The notes beneath the pieces were generated by a model. That model saw nothing but the letters and a program-made list of their open reading frames with translations. It did no database searches and was not told the origin of the DNA. From assembly GCA_951406725.2 (NCBI GenBank), contig OX597826.1, positions 73,780,001-73,844,000 of the forward strand: DNA of 64,000 nt. Direction: 5' to 3'. Position 1 is the first letter of the stretch, and each line of letters begins with the position of its first letter. The position numbers were made by a program, and so were the translations under genes. Below are positions 1 through 13,636 of the stretch, piece after piece. The DNA comes from Octopus vulgaris (Eukaryota).

Positions 1-610
1 TTTTGCACATTGACATGTGCAGATGGCGGTGGTAGAGACGATGGGTTGAGATGAGGGACTTGGAAATCGTAGCTGTGTGATGGTAATTGGGGAGAGAAGC
101 TGATGATGATAAAGGTGCTATGCAATGGTAGTGATGAAGGAGTTCCTTAGTAGTTACAGAATTAGTCATCTGTTAGAGACAAGACTGCTTACGCGATGCT
201 GTTTCTAACATTGTCCTAGCTACTTTGTAGTTATCTCCAACCATTTTATTAGTATTGTTAATAGTGGTGACGTTTTAACGAAGATCAGCTAAAACGCATA
301 AATAAACAAATTTATCTTCTGTATAAAAGTATTATTTGATTCTGTCGTCTCCATGCACTGTTATGGAGTATAAACGACATTGCATCATGAATAAACCTAG
401 TTTCTTTCAGCTATGATGTGCAAATATGGCCGTGGTCGAGGAGAAGAGCGAAAGCAGCAAAGGAAATAACCATTTACATAGATATTATTATTATTATTTG
501 GTTGCGAGAAAAGTGAAAGCTTTACATCATTCTGGAATGGAAAGTCAGTAATGGTTTACAATGACTAATCAAAAGAAGGCAGCCAAGAAACATTAAACAA
601 AACAGAAGCA

Positions 611-628
611 TGTCTATCTATCTATCTG

Positions 629-691
<63 letters not shown>

Positions 692-696
692 GTCTA

Positions 697-788
<92 letters not shown>

Positions 789-1040
789 AACGTGTGTATA
801 TATATATAGAGAGAGAGAGAGAGAGACAGATAGACAGAGTATACGATTAAAAAATAAGTGTATGTACGTACGTACATGCATGCATACATACATATATACA
901 CGCACATACATAGATACATACATGCATACATATGTACATATACACACACAGAGATACATAGATACATACATCCATGCATACATACCATCCATCCATCTAT
1001 TCAGCCATACATGCATACATAAAGAAAATGTATGTATGTA
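611..1040. repeat. Compound microsatellite (TATC)n/(TGTC)n followed by (TA)/(GA)/(TACA) tracts
   Basis: Tandem tetranucleotide and dinucleotide runs read directly; they explain the ORFs at 782-1016. Confidence 0.95.
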
Positions 1041-2312
1041 AGTCTAAACAAAAAAAGATTCAATGCAATAATAATGTAGAGTATATTATTTATTTATTAG
1101 AAACTGGATATCTTAATTTGTAGAAGTGTTTCAAAATCGTTTCTCTCTCTTTCTTTCTCTCTCTCTCTTTCTCTCTCTTGCACTTTCGCGCGCGCGCACG
1201 AAATTTACACATCAGATAAAGTCCGCCATTGCAACAGGTGAATATTCTTAGTTATTTAGCTTCAAAGCAATACTTATCGAACAGACCTATGATCAAAGGT
1301 TATGCGGCTGCATTATTTTAAGGGGTATCTATATCTAGATTTTTCAATACGTCGTTCTTTATTTTAAAACAGTAGGATATGATTTGAGGGAGATTTAGCA
1401 ACTACAGATAAATAGACAACAATCAAAATGTTAGTCTCGAGAGGAGTTAACAGAATTCGACAAGCTTTAAATCTTTGGCTTTTTGATTATTTTGTCAAAT
1501 GGTAATATTTATTCACATTGATTATCATTAATCACTCATCTCGTAGCTTCGAGATTTCTACGATGTGGTGTGAGAGTCTACATTTGGCCTGTTTGAACAT
1601 AAAACTAAGGTGGAATATTTAGGCTGGATATGGATAGTTTAAATAACAGCCACAATTCCCTACCGTCCTAAAAAGAAGGAAGGACACATTGGATATTGTA
1701 TAGTCTTTGATTCTTGTTCTTCAGTTTAGGTTGGAATGCTTCTGATCACAACTGACCTGGAGCGGTTGAACTAAATTCGATTATTTTCCAGCTTTGCATT
1801 CTAATATGACGATCTTTCCAGCTTAAACAGTTATAACCATTTCATATCGATTAAAATTTTTTAGAGCTGTTAAAAATTACCGTCTCTAATTAGTTTTGAT
1901 TGCCAACTCGACTCGTTCCTGTTAACCTTTTGTCTGTTCTGTATATTACGCGTCCATGCATCATATATGACACACATTCTCAATTTTTTTTTATTCAACC
2001 ACCAGAACAACTTCGGATTTATGAAAGAAAAGCTTTTCGAAGGTTAAGCCTCATCGTGGTGAAATCATTACAGATTAAACTGACCTGCCTGAGTTGTAAA
2101 CAGGAACAAAACTCGCGGACAATTTATAATTTGTAATTAATATTTAGTAGCGATAGATGAGGTGTTAATGTCAAAAGGTAATATTTATTCCCACTTAAAA
2201 GGGGATGCTGTGTTAGAACAGAATACGACGATTGTTACCATGAGAGAAACTCATATGGACTTGTGGTGCATATAAGCACTCGTGGTTATATCACAAGTGG
2301 GATATAATCATC

Positions 2313-2389
2313 AGCTTTCGCCACTGGGACTATCAGATCACACGATTTCGGCCTTCCTTGGCCTTGTCAATGGTAGGTGTCCGAAAGCT
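2313..2389 (-). ncRNA. Type I hammerhead ribozyme fold with U3-A8 core variant
   Basis: Minus strand reads agctttcggacac-ctacca-TTGACAA-ggcc(aaggaa)ggcc-GAAA-tc(gtgt)ga-TC-tgatag-tcccagtgg-cgaaagct. Helices I, II and III are all present, plus an extended helix I (agctttcg/cgaaagct). Confidence 0.7.
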
Positions 2390-2804
2390 AGAGACAGCAG
2401 CGATTTCTCCGCTAGCATTATACATGATTCATTTAAGGGGAGGCTAAAGATATACATCTATATATACACACACACACAAACATGAAGATTTTCAAATACT
2501 AACTGTAGAGAGACTTAAGATATAGAGATCAACTTTCCTGAAGGCTGTTCATCACCCAAAATATTTGTAAACCAAAACTATTTTTCCCATGTGAAATTCA
2601 AGACAAGGCACAGCGAATGTTCTCCTTCTGATACTCCCAGCTTGTCGTGAACCATTGTTGCCAGCTTGTGTGTTCATTACTGGAGACATAGTTCATCACC
2701 CGAGACATTTTATGCTTGAAAAATTGTTCATAAACCGTTTTGTCTGTGATGAGAGGCGTTCATAAACTGAGGTTCAACTGTACTTCTCAGCCATCCCTCT
2801 TTTT

Positions 2805-3060
2805 CACCCACTATTTCTGGGAGGGTCATGGGTGGGTAGAGTCCTCAAACACTTCTTCCATAGGATCCTAGCGAAAGCAGTCATTAGACTTACCGGCTGG
2901 ATCCCCAAGCGTGACCAACTCAGACTATGGACATTATCGTGCCATTTCATCCCTAGGTCTCCTGCCAGTTTGTTTGACTCGGAGAATCCATCTTGTGATG
3001 TTTTCCTGCTAGACACTAATCAAATGTCTGTAGTACTGGACCTGTCAATGTGGATAAGTA
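2805..3060 (-). mobile_element. Degenerate RTE-clade LINE 3' fragment
   Basis: ORF 2804-3016 reads KWHDNVHSLSWSRLGIQPVSL...WKKCLRTLP, resembling the RTE ORF C-terminus (W.D....LAWSRLG..P.EL). Confidence 0.55.
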
Positions 3061-3128
3061 GCAACTCAACCTGGAGAGATATCCTGATCTCTGAGCTAAG
3101 CACCCTAATGAATAATGTTACTCTAGAA

Positions 3129-3405
3129 CAGTGGTTCCCAAACTTTTTCAAGCTGTTATCCCCGTGACACCCAGGTCACATTCCTAAGCCCCCCCCCCCC
3201 CAACTAACTATCACAAGCATAAACCTCTTTCTGAAGCAAATTCAAAGCAACTGTTTTTCACAAATAAAAATTAACCTAATGAACTCATTATTTTGCTGAT
3301 TTTTACATGAATCACAACCCCATTATCACCCCACTTTTCTTCAACACCCCCTTGGAACTTTCCACCATCTCCAGGGGGCAATATCACCCACTTTGGGAAC
3401 CACTG
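3129..3405. mobile_element. hAT (Charlie-like) MITE, 277 bp
   Basis: TIRs CAGTGGTTCCCAAA / TTTGGGAACCACTG with a perfect 8-bp TSD CTCTAGAA at 3121-3128 and 3406-3413, matching the NTCTAGAN target consensus. Confidence 0.93.
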
Positions 3406-4702
3406 CTCTAGAATGTTATTATCCAATCTCCCTCACTCAGCTATGTGGGTTTAAATCACAGATCCTAAATTCTGTCTGTAGACAGAAAACATAATTTAGT
3501 TATAAAGAATCTTGCAAACCAAATCCAAAAATGAAACATAATTTAGTTGATCGCACAGAAAACTGTGATGCAACATCCATTTGTATTTCCACAATCTTTC
3601 CTAAAAGTTTCTTTAAATTCTGTCAGTTATGAAAGTTATGTTGCTGTCATATTTTCTACATTGCATTCAGATCTTATCACTCAGTGCTTTACCTGATCTT
3701 TGACATATATCTCCAGTCTACATTCTATTATTTCTCAGACCCGTGGATATCTTTCTTCTACAAGTGTTGGATGCCGTAAAAGCAAATCATGGAAGCTGCT
3801 CTCCTTTCGCTGACTAAACGAATCGAGTGATCGCATCAAACAGCCATGAGTAAACTGTAACCTACAGGACTTTCTGAATGGCACGCCTAACAGAAAATTA
3901 CTTTGAATATTTGTAGTAGTGCAACCTGCCTAATGATGAGTCTCATGTGGCCAGCTTCCCCCAAAAATGTTGTCCATCCCTGAGCTAGAAGCTCCCTTAT
4001 TAACTTATATTAACCCACAGCTGTCTATATTTGTAAATTACTCTCAATAATAAGAGTCAGTGATTTGAAGAATATTACTTTTTATCTTGCATGGTCAAGT
4101 TATTTGCTTACTCCCTCCCAGGTCAGCGCCAATGAAGAAGTCCTATGATCAAAGAGTTCCAGCTATGAGTGCCACAACTTATCTTTAGACAATGTATTCA
4201 AAACATTGTGTCCTTCCCTTTTTTAAGATAGTACTGTGTGTTTTGAGGGGAATTTGCCTGTTATTTCTAGCAGATCGAGCAATCACCAGAGATAGGAGAG
4301 AAAAGTTAATAGTATATAATAATAGTAATAATAATAATAATGATGATGATGATGATGATGATTATGGTAGAAATCTAAAAGATAATATATTCAAAATGTA
4401 ATTTACAATTCAACTGGATTTTAACAATTAATTTATCGTTCAAAACCAATTGAAATTTTCGTTATGAAAATGAACCAAAACCGAGAAAGTGTGAATCAAT
4501 AAACTGAGGTAATCAATTCAGACACTCGGTTTTGTACAAAAATCCTACCCAATTAAAGGATAGGAAAAGATAGAATTATGTCTTAAGAGGCACAGAAGTA
4601 ATTTTGGTGTATCTAGCTAATATGGTAATTACATAACAATCTCTCTCTCTCATACACACACACATATATATTTACATATGTAATTTACATATGTATATAT
4701 AT

Positions 4703-4919
4703 TCTTTACTCTTTTACTTGTTTCAGTCTTTTGACTGTGGCCTTGCTAGAGCACCACCTTTAGCCAATCGAGCAAATCGACCCCAGGACTTATTCTTTGT
4801 AAGCCTAGTACTTATTCTATCGGTCTCTTTTGCCGAACCGCTAAATTACAGGGACGTAAACACATCAGCATCAGTTGTCAAGCGATGTTGGGGGGACATC
4901 ACAGACACACAAACATATT

Positions 4920-4988
<69 letters not shown>

Positions 4989-5149
4989 CAGGCTTCTTTC
5001 AGTTTCCATCTAACAAATCCACTCACAAGGCTTTGGTTGGCCCGAGGCTATAGTAGAAGACACTTGCCCAAGGTGTCACACAGTGGGGCTGAACCCGGAA
5101 CTATGTGGTTGGTAAGCAAGCTACTTACCACACAGCCACTCCTACGCCT
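4703..5149 (-). mobile_element. SINE family A (tRNA-like head, CORE-like body, internal (TA)n/(TG)n)
   Basis: Reverse complement of the copies at 26030 and 33444: head aggcgtaggagtggctgtgtggtaag, box-B-like gggttcagcccc, ccttgggcaagtg, tail ctgaaacaagtaaaagag. Confidence 0.9.
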
Positions 5150-6725
5150 ATATATATATATATATATATATATTTGATGGGTATCAGCTACCTTCGGCTT
5201 GGAAGTGTGAAAGGGCACAATATTTCTTCTTGCTTATCATATCTATTAAGAAGAGGCACCAAATTGTCTTAGACTCCTAACACTAAGGACCATATACACC
5301 ACATACATAACCCCACGCAATTTAGTTGACAGGATTTCACTTATCACCTCTCTCAGGAGAAGTTCAAATCCCGCCGAGATCAACTTTCGAATTATTGAAA
5401 TACCTGTAACAGTGAGGTTTTAATTAGTGTAGTTACCAATTGTAATGGGTAAGATTGATTAGGTACACAATAATATGAAATGTTGGAGTCAGCAGTTGCA
5501 ATGATAAAAATTTGTTGTTATAATTGCATGTTGGAGGATGTGAAACATGGACAATATATGAAGTTTTAAGGAAATATTTATTTACTGTTACATTAGAAAT
5601 ACCTTGCCTCGACGGGTAGGTTATGATGAATCCAAAAGCATGCAAAGTAAAGTTTGTGTTTGTGCCTTCTTCATTGTTTAGTAGTAATTACAGAGAGAGA
5701 TAGAGTGATGTTGTAAGAGAACAGAATTAGAGCTGGTGAAAGTTGTAGGGTGTTGTCTCACAGTTGCTGACAGTAAACTTCATTTCTTCCCCTGACCAAA
5801 GTTCTAGCTGGTCAGCCAGACTTCATTGTCACCAAAGTAACTAACTGGTTGAGTCATCACTGATTTTTGCTTGGGGTGTTCTTGCTTTTATAACTATCAG
5901 AAGGATAGACATATCATTGAGAACAATAGATTTAGTTGGTGGTCTTGTTATCTCTATTCTAGCTTTTGGTGAAGTAGAAGAGGTTAGAAAGGGTCAAGTA
6001 GTGAAGACATTATTTTGGCCTAGCTAAAGGCATCTGGAAAATGTAAAACTGCTGTCAGAGAAAAACCATTGTTCCACCGTGGGAACAGTTCTGTTGCAGT
6101 GTTAATTTAAATTTGGTTATGGTAGATTGAATCCACTTCATGCATGCAAGATCCACTACGTACCTGTTTCGTATTGGCACAGATTTATATTCCTAAAACG
6201 TGCTCTAGATAGGATTAGATTTATAACAGAAAACAAGACTACAGTTTGTCTTTGTTTGAATTTAATTAGTACTGTTTCAATCGTTGGTTATTTACTAGTA
6301 CCATGGGAAAAAATTATTGGCATACTGTCTATTGAATTTAAATATAGGTTAAAGAACAAGAGAAACTCCTATTGAACTGTTTACGCAGTTTTATTTTTGG
6401 GAAAGGGATGGACTTCAAAATGTTTTATTTTCTATTTTCCTGGATCTTTATATGAGTAGCCAAGCCTAGAATCGAAACCTTATAGCTTCAGTAACAAGGA
6501 CCAACCTACATTTAGTTCAGGTGATGTGCCCTGATTTCCAAGCAACCAGCTAATTCTGGGTCACAAAGAAGACGTAGGCACACATAGGATGTACAGACAA
6601 CAAGCCCTTTAAACAGACAAGTTTCCTAGGTTGCAGCTTCGTCCCGGGTTAAAGAAATCTTCGATTATAATGGACAGAGTATTATTCCCGTGTCTCACGC
6701 GAAGCTAATCGTTTCTCTATGAACT

Positions 6726-6940
6726 AAGGTGAGCTGGCAGAATCGTTAGCGCGCCGAGCAAAACGTTTGAAGGGTATTTCGCCCGTCTTTACATTCTGAG
6801 TTCAAATTCCGCTAGAGTCAACTTTGCCTTCTATCCTTTCGAGGTCGATAAAATAAGTACCAGTTGCTCTTTGGGATCGATGTAATCGACTTACCCCATC
6901 CCCCCGAAATTACTGACCGTGTACCAACATGTGGAACCAA
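6726..6940 (+). mobile_element. SINE family B (tRNA-like head gagctggcagaatcgttagc...gagttcaaattcc)
   Basis: Pol III box A- and box B-like motifs; many related copies in the window. Confidence 0.85.
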
Positions 6941-8359
6941 TGTAATAATAAACTACATTCAGTTCTAACACACTACTAGCAAGCAACTATGTAAAAATGT
7001 AAATATCATAACACATTACTGTAAATAAATAAATGTTAACTATGTTGGACTTGGTTTTATTGTGTTACAACACGAAGCTTAACATGATACTTAATATATC
7101 AACCCCGATATAACCAAAACCACGTATCTTTCTAAAAAAAAAATAAAATACGTTTTGCATCATCCTATTGTTTTTGTAAAGAAACATTAAAAATTGAACT
7201 ATTCTCGAATAAATTAACGACTAAATAGAATAAATGATTGGATTATCTTTGAAACTGGTTATAAAATGAATCCATGCCATAGCTATTGAATTTCTTTAAG
7301 CTATAATTTATAGGCTTGAAATAGTTAATAGCAAGACACATTGCAACACCTGTTATGAGACGTAATACATATATGAAACTTAATAGCTAGTGCTGTGTCA
7401 ATGCAGCAGGCAATTTGTAAAAATCATCCTGAAGCAAATCTAAGCGTTAGTTAGCCATGGTTATATTGGTCCGTTCTAGCTTGTCACTATTAATAACACA
7501 CATAACACCAACTGAATGGCATAGAAAAGAAGGCGGTTAAAGATACTAAACTTCTTTCTTTTTCCTCTTATATATATATGTATGTAACGCCGCTCTATAG
7601 AAGCGATTTTTTTCTTCGTGCTGGTTGAATATGTCGAAATATCAAGCAATACTAATAATAAATACGTATGAAGTTAACTGAATAAGAATTCTAAATGTTT
7701 ATATATTTGTAAGATAAATAGTTACAGAAGCTGTCAGCAAAGATGTGGAACGATGATTAGACAATCCAAATGGCTTAGCATAAAGTGGTTGTTTTAAACT
7801 TGAAATAATTAGTTTTATCAGATGTAAACATTAAAAGAACAATTGGGTGCCTTTGTGATTTATAGTGATTCACAACTGGCTATTTACCAGTTTCTTTCAG
7901 TTTGGACTCGTTGAATTTCACACTTTTTCAAAAGAAGAACGAAAGCTTAACAATATGACATTAATTAGGTACAATCAATCTTTATTAGCCTCCACTGAAA
8001 TAGAAGCCTAACCAGGAATTCTTTAAAATCAATGATAAGAGAAAATCCGAAACATTTTTCTTTTTTCTTTTCCGACATTGCGAACATCGCCATTTTTCTC
8101 ATTCTTTTTAATCTGTTTTCCCTCCATTTTTCTCTCATATTTCACGCCGTTTCTTCTCCCATTTTGCTTATTTCCTCTCCTTTTCTCTCAGTTAAGTTTA
8201 TTTTTCGACATCTTTCTCTCTCTCCTTCCGTTATTTTATAATTTTTCCACTAGCCTTTCTATTAAAATCTCCAGCTCAATCAGTTTTCCCCCTCCTTCCC
8301 TTTGTATCATTACCCTTTCTTCTACGTCCACATCATTCTCTCTCTCTCTCTTTCTCTCA

Positions 8360-9578
8360 TCGGAGTTCAGGCTTCCGCCACTAGAAGTCACTTGATGCGA
8401 CCCTCAGGCATCAGTTTTGCCGACGGCGTCGTCGAATACAGTCGCAATGCCTCTTTGTTTTGCAGTGCTTCTCCCGGTTCGTCGATTTTTGCGATGGCTG
8501 AAACGAAGGGACAGCGTGCTTCCGTGAAATTCTGTTTTCTGCTGGGGAAAACGGTGGCCGAAACAACTGCCATACTTGAAACAGCTTACAAAGAAGCTAC
8601 CATGAGCAAAACACAAGTTTACGAATGGTTTTCACACTTTAGAAATGGTCACTTATCGCTGGAAGACCAACCTCGTTCAGGACGACCTCCCAAACGAGTG
8701 AAAGCATCAGGAAAATTCATGAACTGATCTTGGAAGACAGTCACCGAGCAATTGACGAACTTGTTGATATGATTGGTGTGTCCTGGAGATCCCGCCAATG
8801 AATTTTGAGCGAGGAATTGCAAATGAAAAGAGCTGCAGCAAAATTTGTGCCTCACTTGCTCACGGAAGATCAAAAGCAGTCATGACTGAATGCATGTTGG
8901 AAATTGATCTGGACCTTTTTTCGAACGCCATCACAAGTAACGAAAGGTGGTGTTACGGTATTTGTAGATGTGGAAGAGGCGAAGAAAATTTCGACAGTGG
9001 CGTTGAATGACATCACTTCACAAGAGTTGCAGAACTGCTTTGAATAGTGGAAAATGCGCCTGGACCTGTGCATTGGTCCAAATGGAGAATGGAATGGAAG
9101 CACTCCGTCGGTTACGACGACGAGGGTTCCGGTTGATCCGAATCAACGGAACAGCCTGCTCGTGAAATTAACGTGTAAGTGGCTGAGCACTCCACAGACA
9201 CGTGTACCCTTAACGTAGTTCTCGGGGATATTCAGCGTGACACAGAGAGTGACAAGGCCGGCCCTTTGAAATACAGGTACAACAGAAACAGGAAGTAAGA
9301 GTGAGAGAAAGTTGTGGTGAAAGAGTACAGCAGGGATCACCACCATCCCCTGCCGGAGCTTCGTGAAGCTTTAGGTGTTTTCGCTCAATAAACACTCACA
9401 ACGCCCGGCCTGGGAATCGAAACCGCGATTCTATGACCGCGAGTCCGCTGCCCTAACCACTGGGCCATTGCGCCTCCAGATGGAGAATACTTTGAAGGCC
9501 ATAAAAGTGTAAACATGTAAAACTAAGTAAATAAAATAATACTGCAAAATTCCGGTTTCTTTTGGGTACCTCCTCGTA
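8360..9578 (+). mobile_element. Internally deleted mariner transposon (fossil transposase) interrupted by a SINE
   Basis: ATG at 8494 gives MAETKGQRASVKFCFLLGKTVAET...VYEWFSHFRNGHLSLEDQPRSGRP (mariner HTH). It continues with AAKFVPHLL (WVPHEL motif) and ITSNERWCYG (TGDETW motif), then the C-terminal CIGPNGE/YFEG. Right TIR-like attccggtttcttttgggtacctcctcg followed by TA at about 9549-9578; left TIR not found. Confidence 0.92.
9091..9479 (-). mobile_element. tRNA(Arg)-like SINE (family D, resembling octopus OR-type SINEs)
   Basis: Minus strand ggaggcgcaaTGGCCCAGTGGttagggcagcggacTCGcggtc...GGTTTCGATTCCc gives box A, a TCG anticodon position and box B. 9-bp TSD ATGGAGAAT at 9082-9090 and 9480-9488. 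Confidence 0.92.
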
Positions 9579-10766
9579 TATATAAGTATATAAAACCTTC
9601 GACGTTTCTATCCAAAATGGTTCCCCACCCAATATTTACATACTATTATTCATAGCTTTATGGGTGCTTCGAGATTCACTTTTCTAAAAATGACATAAAG
9701 ACTCACACACACACACACAGGATTTTCCCCTTCAAACTCGTCAATGTCAACCTAAAATTCGCCATTCCTAGTCAGCTTAAAAGTCATTACCATAGAAGGT
9801 TTCAATTATCTTTTTACGAGCAAGCATTGACATCAGAGATTATTTATTGGTCGCAGAATGTGAACTTAATGTTCCGAGGTTAAGGGTTACAAGTTTTGTA
9901 TAATAAACATTGTCGTGCCTTACTTTATCGTAAATACAACCTACATTTTAGTACATTAGGTATGAAATTACATATTTTACTATACACATGCGTATAAAAC
10001 AAAAATAAACAACATCAATTTAATCTTTTATTCATTATTTATGTACGTAAATATATTGATCGACGTTGATTACCGAAAAGAATTGTACCTGATTTTTTTT
10101 AGGAATATGTTAAGAGAATTAAATGGGAATATACATCAATATAGAGAATTGATTTTGTCTTTAACTTTGTGAGTGTGTTTGTAGGAGGAATTCCACATTA
10201 AAAATACCGATTACGATTCTGATTGAAAGATTTTTCTTTTCTTCAAAATTTCAATTTTTTTTCTCTCAAAATATCAATACTACTTGCTTATGATAATTTC
10301 GTACTTCCAATTCGCGATCATAAACCGAAAGAATAGCCTTTATATGGAATCTGACTTTGTAAAGTCGTGAGCAAATAAGAATTTTCGTATTTCTAGAGAT
10401 GTTGTCTCAGTTTTAGACGCAGCAAATGATTTTAGCTTAACAGAGGCCATAGGATTGATTAAAATTCGAAAAATTAAACTACGTTAAACTTACAAATTAC
10501 AATTTTCTCAAGAAAGCCAAGAGAAAAAAACGTTTTATTATGACACATTCTACCAGTATACGAAGTTTAAAAGTGTTTAGTTAACTAGAAATTGTGTTGA
10601 AACCTGCCGTTCAAAAGGAAAAGATCCGTGACATTTTTACCCATTTTTTCACTTGTGCTATTTTTACCTAAATTCCGATTGGGCAAACAAAAACTGAAAT
10701 AAGCCCTTCGTACACACACACACACACACACAAAACCTTTGTGTGTGTGTGTGTGTGTGTGTGCCT

Positions 10767-10950
10767 TTCTGCTTCTCCCATCACTGCTTGACAAAGGTAC
10801 AAAGGTGTTTACGTACGCGCAACTTAGCGGTTCGGCAAAGAGGCCGACAGAATAAGTACTAGGCTAAAAGTAAGTGCTGGGGTCGATTTGTTCGACTGGA
10901 CCTTTCGGAGCAGTGTCCCAGCATGGCCGCAGTCCCATGTCTGAAACAAG
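10767..10950 (+). mobile_element. SINE family A, 3' half
   Basis: aacttagcggttcggcaaag...gaataagtactaggct...cagcatggccgcagtc...ctgaaacaag matches the other copies. Confidence 0.8.
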
Positions 10951-11011
10951 ACATGTTCTGTCTTACTGGCATGTCTACTTTACTTCCATGAAGAGTGTAT
11001 GTGTGTGTGGA

Positions 11012-11052
<41 letters not shown>

Positions 11053-11775
11053 CTTAATATCATTTGCCATCGATCAAACATTACTTGTTAAAATGAAAAT
11101 GAAAAAAAAGAACTCGGCCGATATATTCAAATGACTATTGCTAGAGTATATTGTCTAAATTATAAATAGCACGAGGAAAGATAACATCGCTAATTGTGTT
11201 TAGCTAAATATATTCAGTGAACCTTCAGAGAAATGATTTCGCTCCTATTTAATACTCTCGTGCTGATTGCAAGACTAGTTTCCATTATGTGAACAACGCA
11301 AACCGACATACAACCAACCATACCCTCACCTCTCTCTCTCTCTCTCAACTCACTTTACATTTCCATTCACTTTCTAATGCTATTAATTTACATTTGTCGC
11401 CAGCTAACACTTGCCGGCAAATGTTCGTGCACAGACATCGTATATTTGCGAAAATATTGTTAGAAGCCGCTTCTTGGTAGTTTGCCAACATTGACCCCTG
11501 AAATAATCACACCTCGCCCTTTCCGTCGACCTAATTTCCATTTTAGAAGGGTTCACAAATTCAGCTGTTTAGAACTTCAAATATTCCGAGCTCGTCGCCG
11601 TTTCCTGGCTCACACATCTCACCTTTCTCATAAATCACTGTGCGCTTTTTCCCATCCATACGCTTTGTACGTCTCTCACTCACACATAAAATATCATTGT
11701 TTGTATTCATGTATGCATGTGTGTCGGTCTATCAGTAAACTTATTTGTGCTTCGTCTACGAATGGGAAATCAGCG

Positions 11776-11816
<41 letters not shown>

Positions 11817-12020
11817 GTGTGATAATTTCAGGCTATTTGCATTCCTGCTATCAGTAACTTAATTCTATGTTACAACCATTCTTAAAACTATATATTATAT
11901 ATATATATACACATACATATATATATATATATATATGTGCTGACGATAAACATAGGATAATTCATTCACCTACTTAATATATATAATATATATATATATA
12001 TATATACATACATACATACA

Positions 12021-12068
<48 letters not shown>

Positions 12069-13561
12069 GTATGTATGTATGTGTGTGTATAATACACACT
12101 CGTAGCTCATGCTTCTAAGCGCGCGACTTATCTACAGATACAGTCTCTCGTGCTCTCTATGTATATATATATGTACATATATATATGTATACACAGTATT
12201 TTTCCTCAGAAATAAAAGTACATGCACACACGCACACTTTCTATGCACTCACAGAAGCTGTTGCGATCTTCCTGCTAGTGTCTTGCTGTGTGTGAGTCTG
12301 TGTGCGTATGTGTGTATATTCCCCCAGTCCCGCTAAATGTCTCATCATTACATCAGCCAGCATGCAGCTCTTGTTACATAGCACTTCCTACTTTCTTTTC
12401 CCTTACTAACAAACACTGCTGACTTCACATAATGGATGTTTCTGATTTCCTTTGCAATCTCTTTATATTTATCGAACAAAAACTATATCAAAAACGAGTT
12501 ACTTTTTACATAAAGCCAACACACAACTCTTGTGTTAGTTCCATTATATTTTAAATCAAGACATGTTAAGCAGATAGAGCTAAGTTAGCTCCCTTGCCGA
12601 TGGCACGCACCTTGTGTGCTCGGGAAAAAATATGGGCGGCACGAATTAACTGGGAATGATTTATTTTTAGTGAAACGACTTTGTTTTTGTTTTTAATTGT
12701 ATTTTCGCCTCGTATAGCATGAAAATAATTGAATTCTACAGAAGATACAATTATCTTTGTCAAACTTTTTATTTTGCAGTTAAATTTCTGTGTGACTTAG
12801 TGGTTTTGATGAAGATGGCGAAAACCATTTTGATAATTGATAAATCCAAGATGCATAATGGAATGGAGAAATAAGTAAACATTGCCTCTTGTCCTGCATT
12901 TTCTCCAGTTCTCCAATATCTCTTCTCTAAGCAGAATTCAATTAAGCGAAAACTCAGATATTACATTGAACATAAAGGATTATATCTCTACTTTGCCAGC
13001 CTTGGCTGCTGTAATACTTTCATATTCAAACAATACATTTCCCGATTCTAACTGGAAGATGTAGTTTTCCATTCTCACCTAGTTACATCATTTACTTGTA
13101 CCATAGCAATCGTTCTTTAAAGCAAAAAGTAAAAGGCTAGCATCATTACCCCACTCCCTGTTCTAACAAACCATCTCGGCAACTGCAAAGAGGGTGGAGT
13201 TGTTTCTTTAATAAGGATTTTCGCCGGTCTGTTACTTCTATCTGCCTGATAGATTCAAAGTATTGTGTATCTTTAGCGGTGGAGTTACGACGCTGTCTGA
13301 GCAAACCATCACAGTTGTGGTATATGTTTGCTTAACGACGTGACTTAGTCATCACAGCTTGTGGCAGATGTTTGTTTATAACGACATGAACAAACTATCT
13401 CTGTTGATGATGACAGGGTTCTATTCAATATGCCCGTTGGGAGTTCGTTGCATGATCTCAGAATGTGATACATGGACCTATCCGTTCACTTTCAAGACAT
13501 TCAAGAGCTGCTCCAGGTGACAAAAACAGAATGTGTCTATACAAAAAGCCGACCATTACAT

Positions 13562-13636
13562 TGTTATAAGGTAATTATGGTGAATGCAAGAGAATAAATG
13601 GCGGTTAAAATGACGTATCACAAAGATGAAAGAGTC
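13562..13636 (+). repeat. 75-bp sequence duplicated exactly at 14632-14706
   Basis: tgttataaggtaattatggtgaatgcaagagaataaatggcggttaaaatgacgtatcacaaagatgaaagagtc is identical at both sites, offset 1070 bp. Confidence 0.95.

Noticed and set aside
5405-6602. Possible solo LTR (TGT...ACA ends)
   Set aside because: No matching TSD, PBS or PPT, and no second copy in the window.
9400-9479. tRNA-Arg-like gene (also at 34600-34680 and 36050-36115)
   Set aside because: These are SINE heads: no complete acceptor stem, continuous with the SINE body, and two are flanked by TSDs.
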